NCBI GenBank assembly: GCA_016184225.1
Contig: JACPDA010000004.1
Location: forward strand, 134,800 to 198,799
Reading direction: 5' to 3'
DNA: 64,000 bases
Origin: Candidatus Daviesbacteria bacterium
Lineage (GTDB): Bacteria; Patescibacteriota; Microgenomatia; Daviesbacterales; UBA10151
Below the pieces are notes generated by a model that saw nothing but the letters and a program-made list of their open reading frames with translations, searched no databases and was not told the DNA's origin. A program made the translations under genes and the position numbers. Positions within the stretch are counted from its first letter, which is position 1; the number at the start of each line of letters is the position of its first letter. This document shows positions 48,032-57,082 of the stretch, piece after piece.

Positions 48032-49059
48032 TATTTTCCCAGTAATTTTAACAGGAACACCTTGAGTGGAGTTAATTTGTCGATAACTGTAAACATCCAA
48101 TACACCGGCCAGTTAAAAACTAAATCATAAGTGCCAATATATTCGGTTAACTTTCCACCGTAACCTTGTTTAAATTTATGGAACCCGAACCAGGGATCTT
48201 TGGGGTCAGCGCTGGGACCCAATGCTCCCCACATGTCAAATTTCTTAAGCCCTAATTTTTGACCCAGTTTAATAGCCTCCCAAGCTACCAGATTATTTGC
48301 CATTACTTCAGGATGAATTTTAGAAGAACCACCGTAAGGGTAATAAAAAGTGTCTTTAAAATTTAGCAGCATCCAGGCAGTTAAGGGTATAGGGGTTAGG
48401 GTATAGGGTTTAGGGTAAAAGGCAATTAACAGTCTGGCCATGCCTGAACTTTTAAGTATTTTCCATACTTGGCGGTGATAATGTTCGTTGTGTCCGTGAT
48501 AACCTTGACGTTTAGTGGTTTCAAAATAAAGTTTTAGATAAATTTCAAAAGCCTCATCATCTGTACGTTCTTCAACTTTCACTCCGTGTTTCTGGGCTAT
48601 TTTGATGTTATATCTGGTTTTAGGGTGCAGATTTTTCAAAAGCTCCTCTTCTGATTTGGTTAGGTCTAATATAAAGTTGTACTTGGTAAATAATGGTTTA
48701 GGGGATTTTATAAATTCTTCTGTTGCCTGTAACCTGTTGCCTGTAACCTGTTCTATATCTGGCTCGACTTTAATAAAGGCACAATTGTTTTCTTTGCCAA
48801 TTTTTTTTAGGGCTACTGCTAATTCTTTATCCGGAAATGGGCCTTTTGGTAAGTATCCGACGTACTGATTAGTTAAGGGGATTTTATGTAAAGTTAACTG
48901 GAAAGCCTTTGATAATTTTCCGTTTTGGTAAATACCATATCTTAAAACCGGAATCCCTAAACTCTTTCTAAACTCCCCCCACTGCCAGGACTCTATAACA
49001 TGGGTAACTAATTTATTGTACTGTGATTTTTGATTGTCGCCAATCGGCCGTAAATCCAT
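48031..49059 (-). CDS. FemAB/MurM-family peptidoglycan bridge acyltransferase
   Basis: SWQWGEF, Y.PKGP, KTRYNI..A.K.GV and FKQGYGG. Confidence 0.9.
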   Translation of the reverse strand: MDLRPIGDNQKSQYNKLVTHVIESWQWGEFRKSLGIPVLRYGIYQNGKLSKAFQLTLHKIPLTNQYVGYLPKGPFPDKELAVALKKIGKENNCAFIKVEPDIEQVTGNRLQATEEFIKSPKPLFTKYNFILDLTKSEEELLKNLHPKTRYNIKIAQKHGVKVEERTDDEAFEIYLKLYFETTKRQGYHGHNEHYHRQVWKILKSSGMARLLIAFYPKPYTLTPIPLTAWMLLNFKDTFYYPYGGSSKIHPEVMANNLVAWEAIKLGQKLGLKKFDMWGALGPSADPKDPWFGFHKFKQGYGGKLTEYIGTYDLVFNWPVYWMFTVIDKLTPLKVFLLKLLGK

Positions 49060-49076
49060 GCGACAAGTATATCAGA

Positions 49077-49736
49077 TTAGAAGATCTGAATTTTAGCTTT
49101 AGTCTTAAGTTCTTGGAATTTTTGGGAAAAGATTTGGGATAATTTTTGGCTTTTAATCGTTTCCGTTGCCTCTTTTTCCTGCCCGGCAGAATCGCTGGCC
49201 CGTAGTTGGTCTTTATTTTGTTCGATGAATTTGTTAACTTCTTCTGCAGAAACAGTTGCCTCGTTTGCATATAATTTCTCAATGCTGAGCTGTAACCTAA
49301 TTTGTTGTCTGATGCTATCCCTGGTTTGTCCTTGTTGGGCTAAAAGCGCATCCAGAGACTCTGCTCCTCCCACACCGGTTTCTATCTCTGTGATTTTCTT
49401 ATTAACCTCTGTCTCAGACGCTACTGCATTATTTTTGATGGCTTCACTTAAAATAATTTTTTCATTAATTAATTGGTTTAAAGTTTGAGAACGGAATTGC
49501 TTATTAAGCTTCATTTGCAGTTCTAAATTTGTAATAGGAGAGCCGTTGACTGTGGCAGCAATAAACCATTCTTTTTTATATATTACTAAAAGCAGGAGCC
49601 CTGCAATTGCTAAAATGATATAGAATTTTTTTGAAGAGCGGAACCTTTTCAAGGAAGATAGTTTATCCAAAACATTATTAACCCTGTTAAATGGACGAGC
49701 CGATTCGATTTTTTTGAGAGGTATTTTTTTCGCCAT
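49077..49736 (-). CDS. SurA/PrsA N-terminal domain protein
   Basis: TM helix then AATVNG..IT, L..LI.EKII and L..KAKI. Confidence 0.8.
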   Translation of the reverse strand: MAKKIPLKKIESARPFNRVNNVLDKLSSLKRFRSSKKFYIILAIAGLLLLVIYKKEWFIAATVNGSPITNLELQMKLNKQFRSQTLNQLINEKIILSEAIKNNAVASETEVNKKITEIETGVGGAESLDALLAQQGQTRDSIRQQIRLQLSIEKLYANEATVSAEEVNKFIEQNKDQLRASDSAGQEKEATETIKSQKLSQIFSQKFQELKTKAKIQIF

Positions 49737-49793
49737 TGACCGATAATAACAGAACTTGTTGTTTCTTGGCAATAGCAGAGTTATGATTATTTT

Positions 49794-50426
49794 GTGCAAA
49801 AAGGTTCTGTCACACTTTTTCTTTTATTTGCAGGGTTAATAGTTGTAATCGGTTTTTTTGCCTTCAGGCAATTGAAACTGCCGTCCTCAAATCTTCAATC
49901 GCCGGGTGTCATTGCCTCACCCTTACCTGATAGTCCTACTTATACCGATCAGGAATTAGGCTTTGAATTTGAATACCCTAAAGATTTATCTGTTAAAGAG
50001 GATTCGGAAGAGCAGTTTAACAAAAGAGGCAATGGAAATTTTAGAGAAAACTTTAAGGGTTATGTGGGGTATGAACCTGCTAAAGCTTTGGGTGCAGTAG
50101 TGGCATTAGATCAAGAAAATGGTTTTGAGACAAGTCCATTTACAATTTGGGTATTTAACAATGATAACAATTTAACAACAGAACAATGGTTTAAAGATTA
50201 TTGGTATTACCCTTTCCTTTGGGGAGTCTTTGACTATACATCAAAAGGGCATATTACACCGGATAGCGAGGCCACAGTGAGCGGAAGGATGGCGAAATAT
50301 AAAATTGTTTCTTACCAACCCGGTTCTCCGAAATTTTTGTATGTATCTAAGGATAAGAAAATATATTTGTTTAGGGTAATTGGGGAGAATGGGGATAAAA
50401 TTCTATCTTCATTTAAGTTTTTATAA
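49794..50426 (+). CDS. Secreted PsbP-like hypothetical protein
   Basis: QKG-type prepilin-like N-terminus, Y.D..LGFEF.YP and ILSSFKF. Confidence 0.65.
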   Translation: MQKGSVTLFLLFAGLIVVIGFFAFRQLKLPSSNLQSPGVIASPLPDSPTYTDQELGFEFEYPKDLSVKEDSEEQFNKRGNGNFRENFKGYVGYEPAKALGAVVALDQENGFETSPFTIWVFNNDNNLTTEQWFKDYWYYPFLWGVFDYTSKGHITPDSEATVSGRMAKYKIVSYQPGSPKFLYVSKDKKIYLFRVIGENGDKILSSFKFL

Positions 50427-50429
50427 TAG

Positions 50430-50699
50430 ATGAAGATTGTCTTCACTGTACATGTATTAGAAGATTCAATTCCTAGATTTGAAAGATTAGGTTGGGTGAT
50501 TACCAAAACAAAAATTAGACAAACGATAAAAGAGCCTAAATGGAAAGGAATAACCAGATTCGGACAGCCAACAGCTATGAGTTTAATGGACGAAAGCCAT
50601 ATTTTGAGAGTTATTTTTGAGGTGGAAGATGATATAATTAGAGTAATTACAGCACATATTGCAAGGAGAGGTACTTATGAAAGCACTAAAAAGAATTAA
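50430..50699 (+). CDS. DUF4258-like toxin
   Basis: IVFT.H and LRVIFE......VITA motifs. Confidence 0.7.
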   Translation: MKIVFTVHVLEDSIPRFERLGWVITKTKIRQTIKEPKWKGITRFGQPTAMSLMDESHILRVIFEVEDDIIRVITAHIARRGTYESTKKN

Positions 50700-50928
50700 A
50701 TATAGTGAGGATGTTGACATCTTAACTATTCAATTATCTGATAAAAAGATTGATGATTCTTACGATACTGAATATGGAATTGTTAGCGTGGCTGAAGACG
50801 GAGAGCCAATTTTATTAGAAATTTTTAATGCCGGTAAGTTTTTGAAGGATTTAAATAAAGCCATTCCAAAGAAGATCCAGCGAGAACTTTGGTCGACTCC
50901 AGTTTCAGTAGCCCATAGAATTAAATAA
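50677..50928 (+). CDS. DUF2283 antitoxin-like protein
   Basis: IKYSEDVDILTI and DGEPILLEIFNA motifs. Confidence 0.8.
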   Translation: MKALKRIKYSEDVDILTIQLSDKKIDDSYDTEYGIVSVAEDGEPILLEIFNAGKFLKDLNKAIPKKIQRELWSTPVSVAHRIK

Positions 50929-50933
50929 CAAAT

Positions 50934-51089
50934 ATGATTATCCATAAGGCTACCTGTGGTCTTTGCAAACCGACCAAAAAGTTTAAGAGAAATGATACTA
51001 AGATAAAAGGTGTTTTACTTGAAGCTATGCTTTCTGGTGATTTAACTGCGAATTTAATCAAAAGCTACGAAAAAAGATTTAAGCAATAA
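50934..51089 (+). CDS. Small hypothetical protein (51 aa, not in the ORF track)
   Basis: MIIHKATCGLCK...; its TAA overlaps the next ATG. Confidence 0.4.
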   Translation: MIIHKATCGLCKPTKKFKRNDTKIKGVLLEAMLSGDLTANLIKSYEKRFKQ

Positions 51090-51595
51090 TGCAAAAAGGA
51101 TTTGTAATAATTCCTATTTTGATTGGCCTAGTGATAATAGGAGGGGTAGCTGGGGCTTGGTATACAAAGCTAATTCAGATTCCGGGTTTTGCTCCGCCTG
51201 GATGCCGTTACCAGAAGGTTCAATGTATCCAGGCTCCCTGTGACCCAATATTAGTCTGCGGTACTCTATCGCTTACTGTCCAGCCTACTCCAACCACCCC
51301 TACTGCGCCTGATGAAACTACAGCATGTGTTAAGGAAAAACAAAAGCAATTTGGAGAAAGCAAATTTAAGAAAGGTGATTTGATAGTTGGGTTCAAAATA
51401 ACTGATCCAAAAGAGGCTCAAACCATCATCAAATCTTATGGATTAGGAATTGAGTCTGTAGGAGATCCTGAGCATATTCAACCTTTAACGATAGATGTTG
51501 CCGTTCCTACGGGAGAAGAATTTTTTTGGCTTTGTAAGCTGCAGCAAAATCCAAACATAGAGGCTGTTTCGTTGAATTTTATATTGAATATCTAA
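51089..51595 (+). CDS. Secreted hypothetical protein
   Basis: MQKGF prepilin-like leader; CIQAPC Cys motif. Confidence 0.65.
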   Translation: MQKGFVIIPILIGLVIIGGVAGAWYTKLIQIPGFAPPGCRYQKVQCIQAPCDPILVCGTLSLTVQPTPTTPTAPDETTACVKEKQKQFGESKFKKGDLIVGFKITDPKEAQTIIKSYGLGIESVGDPEHIQPLTIDVAVPTGEEFFWLCKLQQNPNIEAVSLNFILNI

Positions 51596-51610
51596 AAGTT
51601 TTTCTAAGTC

Positions 51611-52348
51611 TTACAGTAAGTAAATATCTACAAATTTTGCTCTCCAGCCTGCAGTTCTTGCATCATCAAAGCCTAAGTCAATAATATTCCCTTTAATGGA
51701 TCCGCCGGTGTCTCCGGCAATGGCTGAACCATATCCGGGAATATAAACTTTTGATCTCAGCTTGATAACTTTGGGATCAACTGCGATCACCCCCTTGCCG
51801 GCCCGCATGCCGATGGCAGTCCATTCGTTGCAACCAGGACAGCGGGAGTCATAATGAGTGGCATAAACTCTCATTTTTTTCCAATATTTAATTTCTCCAT
51901 CCGGAGTGTCCAGTGTTCTCCAGACTATTTTTGTCCCCCGCAAGATCTTTTTGTCTTTAGCCGGAGTTGTTTCAACAGAAATAAGTTCCCTGGAGTACTC
52001 TTCCTGGTCCACCTCGGGGGAGCCAGAGCTCACCCCCGAGGTGTTTGCCGGTTTGTAGTATGTCACTTTAAATATCTTTATTTTTTTGCCATCCTCTCCT
52101 TCTTCCAAAATTTTTTCTTCCCCGGCTTCGGTTTCCGGGTCGTCCTGGTAGGTAACCTTTTTAGGCAGGATCTCTGTTTCTTCCTGCAACTTTTCCGTAA
52201 AAGAAGACTCTGTAGTAATAGGTTGGTTAACTGGCAAAGTTTCCGTGGGGGAAGGGGTGGATTGCCCTAGAACTGATGGGGTTTGGAAAATACTTTTAGC
52301 AAAAAATGTTAAGGATAGGATTAATATAATTCCTAAGTATTTCTCCAT
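51611..52348 (-). CDS. G5 and 3D domain protein
   Basis: EGEDGKK (G5); ATHY, IAVDPKVI, DTGGSIKGNIIDL (3D). Confidence 0.9.
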   Translation of the reverse strand: MEKYLGIILILSLTFFAKSIFQTPSVLGQSTPSPTETLPVNQPITTESSFTEKLQEETEILPKKVTYQDDPETEAGEEKILEEGEDGKKIKIFKVTYYKPANTSGVSSGSPEVDQEEYSRELISVETTPAKDKKILRGTKIVWRTLDTPDGEIKYWKKMRVYATHYDSRCPGCNEWTAIGMRAGKGVIAVDPKVIKLRSKVYIPGYGSAIAGDTGGSIKGNIIDLGFDDARTAGWRAKFVDIYLL

Positions 52349-52349
52349 G

Positions 52350-54326
52350 TTAAATTCTTAACCACTCATCTTCCTCAACTGGACTGGAATTATCTATTTC
52401 ACCAAGATCATCAACATCTTTGTAGTTTGCATTGCTGGAAATTAAACTCTCTGGAATATCTGATAAGAATCTAGATACCAGATTATTGCTTCTTTGGCCA
52501 AAATACAACCTTTGCCTGGCATAGGTTAAATATAGCTTTTCTTTAGCCCGGGTAATGCCGACGTAACAAAGCCGTCTTTCTTCTTCTAACTCCCTGACAT
52601 CCAACATGGCCCGGGAATGGGGGAATAAGCCTTCTTCCATACCCACTATAAAAACTACCGGGAACTCCAAACCTTTGGCGGAGTGGAGAGTCATTAAGGT
52701 AACTGCATCCTTTTTCGGTGTGTCGGTGTGTCGGTGTGTCGGTGTGTCAGATGCTTCCACTAAGGCCACATTTTCCAAAAATTGGGTTAAATCAGGAAAT
52801 TCTTCTGCCACTGAACGGAGTTCCTTAACGTTTTCCATCCGCATTTTGCCTTCTTCGCTGCTGTCATCTAGGTATTCAAGATAACTTGTGACTTGTAGGA
52901 TTTTATCCAGTAGCTCCAGGGTAGTATAAGGCAAATTGTCATTGCGAGGAGCCGTAGGCGACGCCGCAATCTGGGTAGGATTATTGTCTGGACTAGATTG
53001 CTTCGCTTCGCTCGCAATGACGTTTTGGAGTTCCATGATTTTTGAAAGCCTGCCTTTGCCAATTTTTTCTGCTCTTTTTAGGGAAACAGAATCTTTGGGG
53101 TTTTGTAGCAAACGAAGATAAGCCAGGACATCTTTAATCTCTTTTCTGGCATAAAAGCTGACACCACCAACTAACTGGTAAGGCATGCCTACTTTTAGGA
53201 ACTGCTCTTCCAAGCTTCTGGATTGGGCATTAGTACGGTATAAAATGGCAAAGTCAGATAGTTTTGTTGCACCCTTGGGGTGTGGTATTAAGGGATGAGT
53301 AATAGTATGTAAAATAAACAAGGCTTCTTCAACTTCGTTTCTTACCTCAACTACTTCAATTTTTTCGCCGCCGTCTTTATTGGTCCAAAGTTTTAAGATG
53401 GGATGGGATTTATTTTTGGAAATAATTGCATGTGCCGCATCCAGGATATTTTGGGTGGAGCGATAGTTTTGTTCCAAGTTAAAGATCTTAGCAGTTGGGT
53501 AATCTTTTTGGAAATTAACAATGTTGCGAAAATCAGCTCCCCGGAAGGAATAAATTGATTGGCTGGCGTCTCCCACCACACAGATATTTTTGTGGCGGTT
53601 GCTTAAGTATTTACTGATTAAATATTGGGCCGGGTTAGTATCCTGGTATTCATCTATTAATATGTAACGGAATTGAATTTGGTAGCGGACAAGAATGCTG
53701 GGGTCAGTTTGGAATAATTTAATGACCCCGAGTAGTAGGTCATCAAAATCCAGGGCATGGTTTCGCTCCAAAATCTTCTGGTATTCTAAATATATTTTGG
53801 CTACAGTTTCCTGAAAATAACCTCTGGCATATTGGGGGTATTCCAAAGCAGAAATCAGTTCATTCTTGGCTCCTGATATGTTATTCCGGACAGCAGCAGG
53901 AGAAGTTTTCTGAGTCGGGATATTTAGATTTGCCATGGCTTCTTTAATAGCATCCAAAGCATCCCCTTCGTCATAGATGGCAAACCCCGGGGGGAGTCCC
54001 AGGATCCGACCCTCACGGCGGAGAATCCTGGCGCAAAAACTGTGGAATGTACCCATTATTGGAAGCTGGAAATTAGAAGCTGGAGGCTGGAAATTCAGAA
54101 GTTTTAAGATCCGATCCCGCATCTCGCCGGCGGCTTTGTTAGTGAACGTGACCATAAGAATACTTTCTGGTGGTACACTTTTTTCCTGGATTAAATAAGC
54201 CACCCGATGGGTTAGGGCTTTGGTTTTACCGGAACCGGCCCCGGCCAAAATTAAAACAGGACCCTCGGTGGCCTGAACTGCCTGTTTTTGGATGGGGTTT
54301 AAGTCATCTAAGAGGGAATTGGGCAT
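52350..54326 (-). CDS. pcrA: ATP-dependent DNA helicase PcrA/UvrD
   Basis: LAGAGSGKT, TFTNKAA, DEYQDTN, LEQNYRS, TLHSAKGLEF and EERRLCYVGITRA. Confidence 0.96.
   Translation of the reverse strand: MPNSLLDDLNPIQKQAVQATEGPVLILAGAGSGKTKALTHRVAYLIQEKSVPPESILMVTFTNKAAGEMRDRILKLLNFQPPASNFQLPIMGTFHSFCARILRREGRILGLPPGFAIYDEGDALDAIKEAMANLNIPTQKTSPAAVRNNISGAKNELISALEYPQYARGYFQETVAKIYLEYQKILERNHALDFDDLLLGVIKLFQTDPSILVRYQIQFRYILIDEYQDTNPAQYLISKYLSNRHKNICVVGDASQSIYSFRGADFRNIVNFQKDYPTAKIFNLEQNYRSTQNILDAAHAIISKNKSHPILKLWTNKDGGEKIEVVEVRNEVEEALFILHTITHPLIPHPKGATKLSDFAILYRTNAQSRSLEEQFLKVGMPYQLVGGVSFYARKEIKDVLAYLRLLQNPKDSVSLKRAEKIGKGRLSKIMELQNVIASEAKQSSPDNNPTQIAASPTAPRNDNLPYTTLELLDKILQVTSYLEYLDDSSEEGKMRMENVKELRSVAEEFPDLTQFLENVALVEASDTPTHRHTDTPKKDAVTLMTLHSAKGLEFPVVFIVGMEEGLFPHSRAMLDVRELEEERRLCYVGITRAKEKLYLTYARQRLYFGQRSNNLVSRFLSDIPESLISSNANYKDVDDLGEIDNSSPVEEDEWLRI
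52937..53022. mobile_element. GTCAT-tagged hairpin doublet inserted in pcrA
   Basis: TGTCATTGCGAGGAGCCGTAGGCGACGCCGCAATC ... GATTGCTTCGCTTCGCTCGCAATGACG. Confidence 0.85.
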
Positions 54327-54403
54327 AAACGGGCTTTAGTATAGCAGGTTTTTATTTGTCAAGTCTTTACAAAATTTTTAATAGTGCTATCATCATAGTC
54401 CGT

Positions 54404-55999
54404 ATGAATAAACTTTTAGATTTTTGGGCTCCTTGGTGTATTGATCCGGAAACTCCGGTTTTAACTGAAAATGGTTATATAAAAGCTTTACAAGTTAAGA
54501 TAGGGCAAAGATTAATCGCAATTGACCCAAAGACTAAAAAGCAATCAATTAAGAAAGTCCAAAAGGTGAGAATTTTTAAAGATGCTTCTTCCAAAAAAAT
54601 AATTTTAGAAACAGGTAGGGAATTGGTTGGAGATGTTAATCACCTAGTCTTAACACAAGAAGGTTTTAAAAAACTAGAAGAGCTAACAGTGGGAGCAAAG
54701 ATTTTAGTTGATCCTGTAGTTAAAGTAGACCAATTTAATGAATCAATTGCTCTTGCAAGGTTATTAGGTTTTGTTGTGACAGATGGGTATCTATATGAGG
54801 ATTTAAAACACCATATTCACGAAACCCATTTTTTTGTGGGAACAGAACAAGATGCAAAAGATATCAAAAACGATCTGGAATGCTTAGGTTTCCATAAACT
54901 TGAAATTAAAATAAGATCCAATAAAAGAGTCATTGACGGCAGAGAATTCATAATTAATACTTACCGTTGCCGCAATTTTGAGAAAGCTTTATTTGAATTG
55001 TTGAAGTCCAAAGGAGCTCCTGTCGGTCGCAAGAAGAACCAGGCTTATTTTGTTCCCGAATGGATTATGGATGGGGATGTATCCGTGAAAAGCGCTTTTT
55101 TAAGTGGCTGGTTGGGCGGAGACGGATGCAAGATCGATTATTATATCAAACATGCTGGCGCCAGCTCTCATAATGCAGGCTTCAAGGTTAATGCTATTGA
55201 ATTTCATAAAGAGAAAGAGTTTGAAAGAGAGGGAATTCTTTACGCGAAACAACTGGGATTATTACTTGAACAATTGGGAGTTGAAGTAAGGGATATATCA
55301 AGCAGTGATGATGAAGACGGGGTAATTATTTCACTCAGAGTAGCTACTGACTATCAATCGCTATTTAACTTAGCTAGTATTGGCTACGCTTATGCTAGAT
55401 CAAAGAATGTTAGCATTCCTTTTATCAGGGAGTTTTTACAGTACAGACTTTTTGAACGTAATCGTTATATTCAAGCAAAGCAAATTGCTCTTCAGCAGTT
55501 AGCCTTAGGAGTCAGCAGTAACCAAATTGCTGAGAGTTTGCAAATCCCAGTTGGCACAATAGTTAGCTGGAATTATGCAAATAGAGATACTCAAGTAGTG
55601 TATCCTGCTAAAGGCGGTGAGGCTTTATTTATAAAATGGTTGGAACAGCGTCAACAAGAAAACTTATTATGGGAAAGAGTCTTATCAATTGAAGAAGCAG
55701 ATAATCGTGATGTAATAGGTATTACAGTCGGTGACCCTCATACAATTATAACTAATGGGATGGTCTCTCATAATTGTGGACCCTGTCATGTGATGGCTCC
55801 TGTTTTGGAAGAACTGGAAAAAGAACTCTCAGGCAAGGTTGAAATAGAAAAAATTAATGTTGATGATAATCAAGCCAAAGCCAGCGAGCATGGAGTGATG
55901 AGTATACCAACTTATATTATCTTAAAAGATGGTAAAGAGGTGGCTAGAAAAATTGGGGTAACTGCTAAAGCAGATCTTTTGAAATTGCTTCAAAGTTGA
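54404..55999 (+). CDS. trxA: Thioredoxin interrupted by an intein
   Basis: Exteins join as LLDFWAPW|CGPCHVMAP..INVDDN..GVMSIPT (85 aa). Confidence 0.93.
   Translation: MNKLLDFWAPWCIDPETPVLTENGYIKALQVKIGQRLIAIDPKTKKQSIKKVQKVRIFKDASSKKIILETGRELVGDVNHLVLTQEGFKKLEELTVGAKILVDPVVKVDQFNESIALARLLGFVVTDGYLYEDLKHHIHETHFFVGTEQDAKDIKNDLECLGFHKLEIKIRSNKRVIDGREFIINTYRCRNFEKALFELLKSKGAPVGRKKNQAYFVPEWIMDGDVSVKSAFLSGWLGGDGCKIDYYIKHAGASSHNAGFKVNAIEFHKEKEFEREGILYAKQLGLLLEQLGVEVRDISSSDDEDGVIISLRVATDYQSLFNLASIGYAYARSKNVSIPFIREFLQYRLFERNRYIQAKQIALQQLALGVSSNQIAESLQIPVGTIVSWNYANRDTQVVYPAKGGEALFIKWLEQRQQENLLWERVLSIEEADNRDVIGITVGDPHTIITNGMVSHNCGPCHVMAPVLEELEKELSGKVEIEKINVDDNQAKASEHGVMSIPTYIILKDGKEVARKIGVTAKADLLKLLQS
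54437..55774 (+). mobile_element. 446-aa intein with LAGLIDADG homing endonuclease
   Basis: Starts CIDPETPVLT and ends VSHN|C; LARLLGFVVTDG and FLSGWLGGDG motifs. Confidence 0.95.
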
Positions 56000-56307
56000 A
56001 TTTTAAAGATAGAGTTTTACAAATTGTGAAAAAAATTCCTTATGGAAAAGTTACCACCTATGGTACTGTGGCTATTTTAGCGGGAATTCCAAGAGGGGCC
56101 AGGTTAGTGGGAGGAATTTTGCATTACCAAGGAGATAAACTGCCTTGGCATCGGGTAGTCAACCGCCACGGATTTATTTCTACTAAATGTTTGGACCATC
56201 CCAAAAAGCTTCAAAAAGCTCTGCTGGAGCAAGAAGGCATAGCAGTTTCTCCGGATTTCATGGTAAACTTGGAAAAGTATGGATGGTGGGGAAAAGAATT
56301 GACCTAA
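55996..56307 (+). CDS. MGMT/alkyltransferase-like protein (Atl)
   Basis: IPYGKVTTYG and PWHRV (Trp replaces the catalytic Cys). Confidence 0.9.
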   Translation: MNFKDRVLQIVKKIPYGKVTTYGTVAILAGIPRGARLVGGILHYQGDKLPWHRVVNRHGFISTKCLDHPKKLQKALLEQEGIAVSPDFMVNLEKYGWWGKELT

Positions 56308-56407
56308 TTACTAATTAACCTAATTGATCTAAATAATGACTAATGTCTAGTTTAGAAATTTAGTCATTGGGATTTGATTAGAAATTAGTAATTAAAAATT
56401 AGAAATT

Positions 56408-57076
56408 ATGAAGGATATTTGGATTATTGCTAACTGGAAAAGCAATAAAAATATTAGCGAGGCTTTAGACTGGATTTCCCAGGTTGGCCCGAAAATTCCT
56501 AAGCAGGATAATTTAAAAGTTGTGGTTTGTCCGACTTTTAGTGCTCTCTCGGAAGTTAAAAAAGCCATTACTGTGGGAAATTTTCCTCTTCTGGTGGGAG
56601 CACAGGATTTATCTCCATTTGGGATAGGTGCTTACACCGGGGAAGAGCCGGCAGAACTTTTAAACCAACTAATCACCTTAACGATTTTGGGACACTCTGA
56701 AAGGCGGCAAAATTTTAGAGAGTCCGATGAGACAATAGCGAAAAAGACACAGCAGGCATTGGGCAACAATATAACTCCACTGGTGTGTGTTCAAAACGAG
56801 GAGATACCGGTGCCTGAAGGTTGTAAACTGGTAGCCTATGAACCTATCTGGGCTATTGGTACCGGTAATCCGGATACTCCTGAGAACGCTAATGTTGTGG
56901 CGGAGAAAATAAAGCAACAGTATAGTGCCAGTATAGAAGTGGTTTATGGGGGGAGTGTTCATTCAGGCAATGTTAAAGATCTTGTTATGCAAGAAAATAT
57001 TAATGGAGTGTTAGTAGGTAGCGCTTCTTTGGATGCTGAGGAATTTATTAAGATATGTCAAGTTGTTTCGGAGTAA
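56408..57076 (+). CDS. tpiA: Triosephosphate isomerase
   Basis: ANWK, GHSERR, AYEPIWAIGTG, YGGSV and LVGSASL. Confidence 0.96.
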   Translation: MKDIWIIANWKSNKNISEALDWISQVGPKIPKQDNLKVVVCPTFSALSEVKKAITVGNFPLLVGAQDLSPFGIGAYTGEEPAELLNQLITLTILGHSERRQNFRESDETIAKKTQQALGNNITPLVCVQNEEIPVPEGCKLVAYEPIWAIGTGNPDTPENANVVAEKIKQQYSASIEVVYGGSVHSGNVKDLVMQENINGVLVGSASLDAEEFIKICQVVSE

Positions 57077-57082
57077 TATCAA

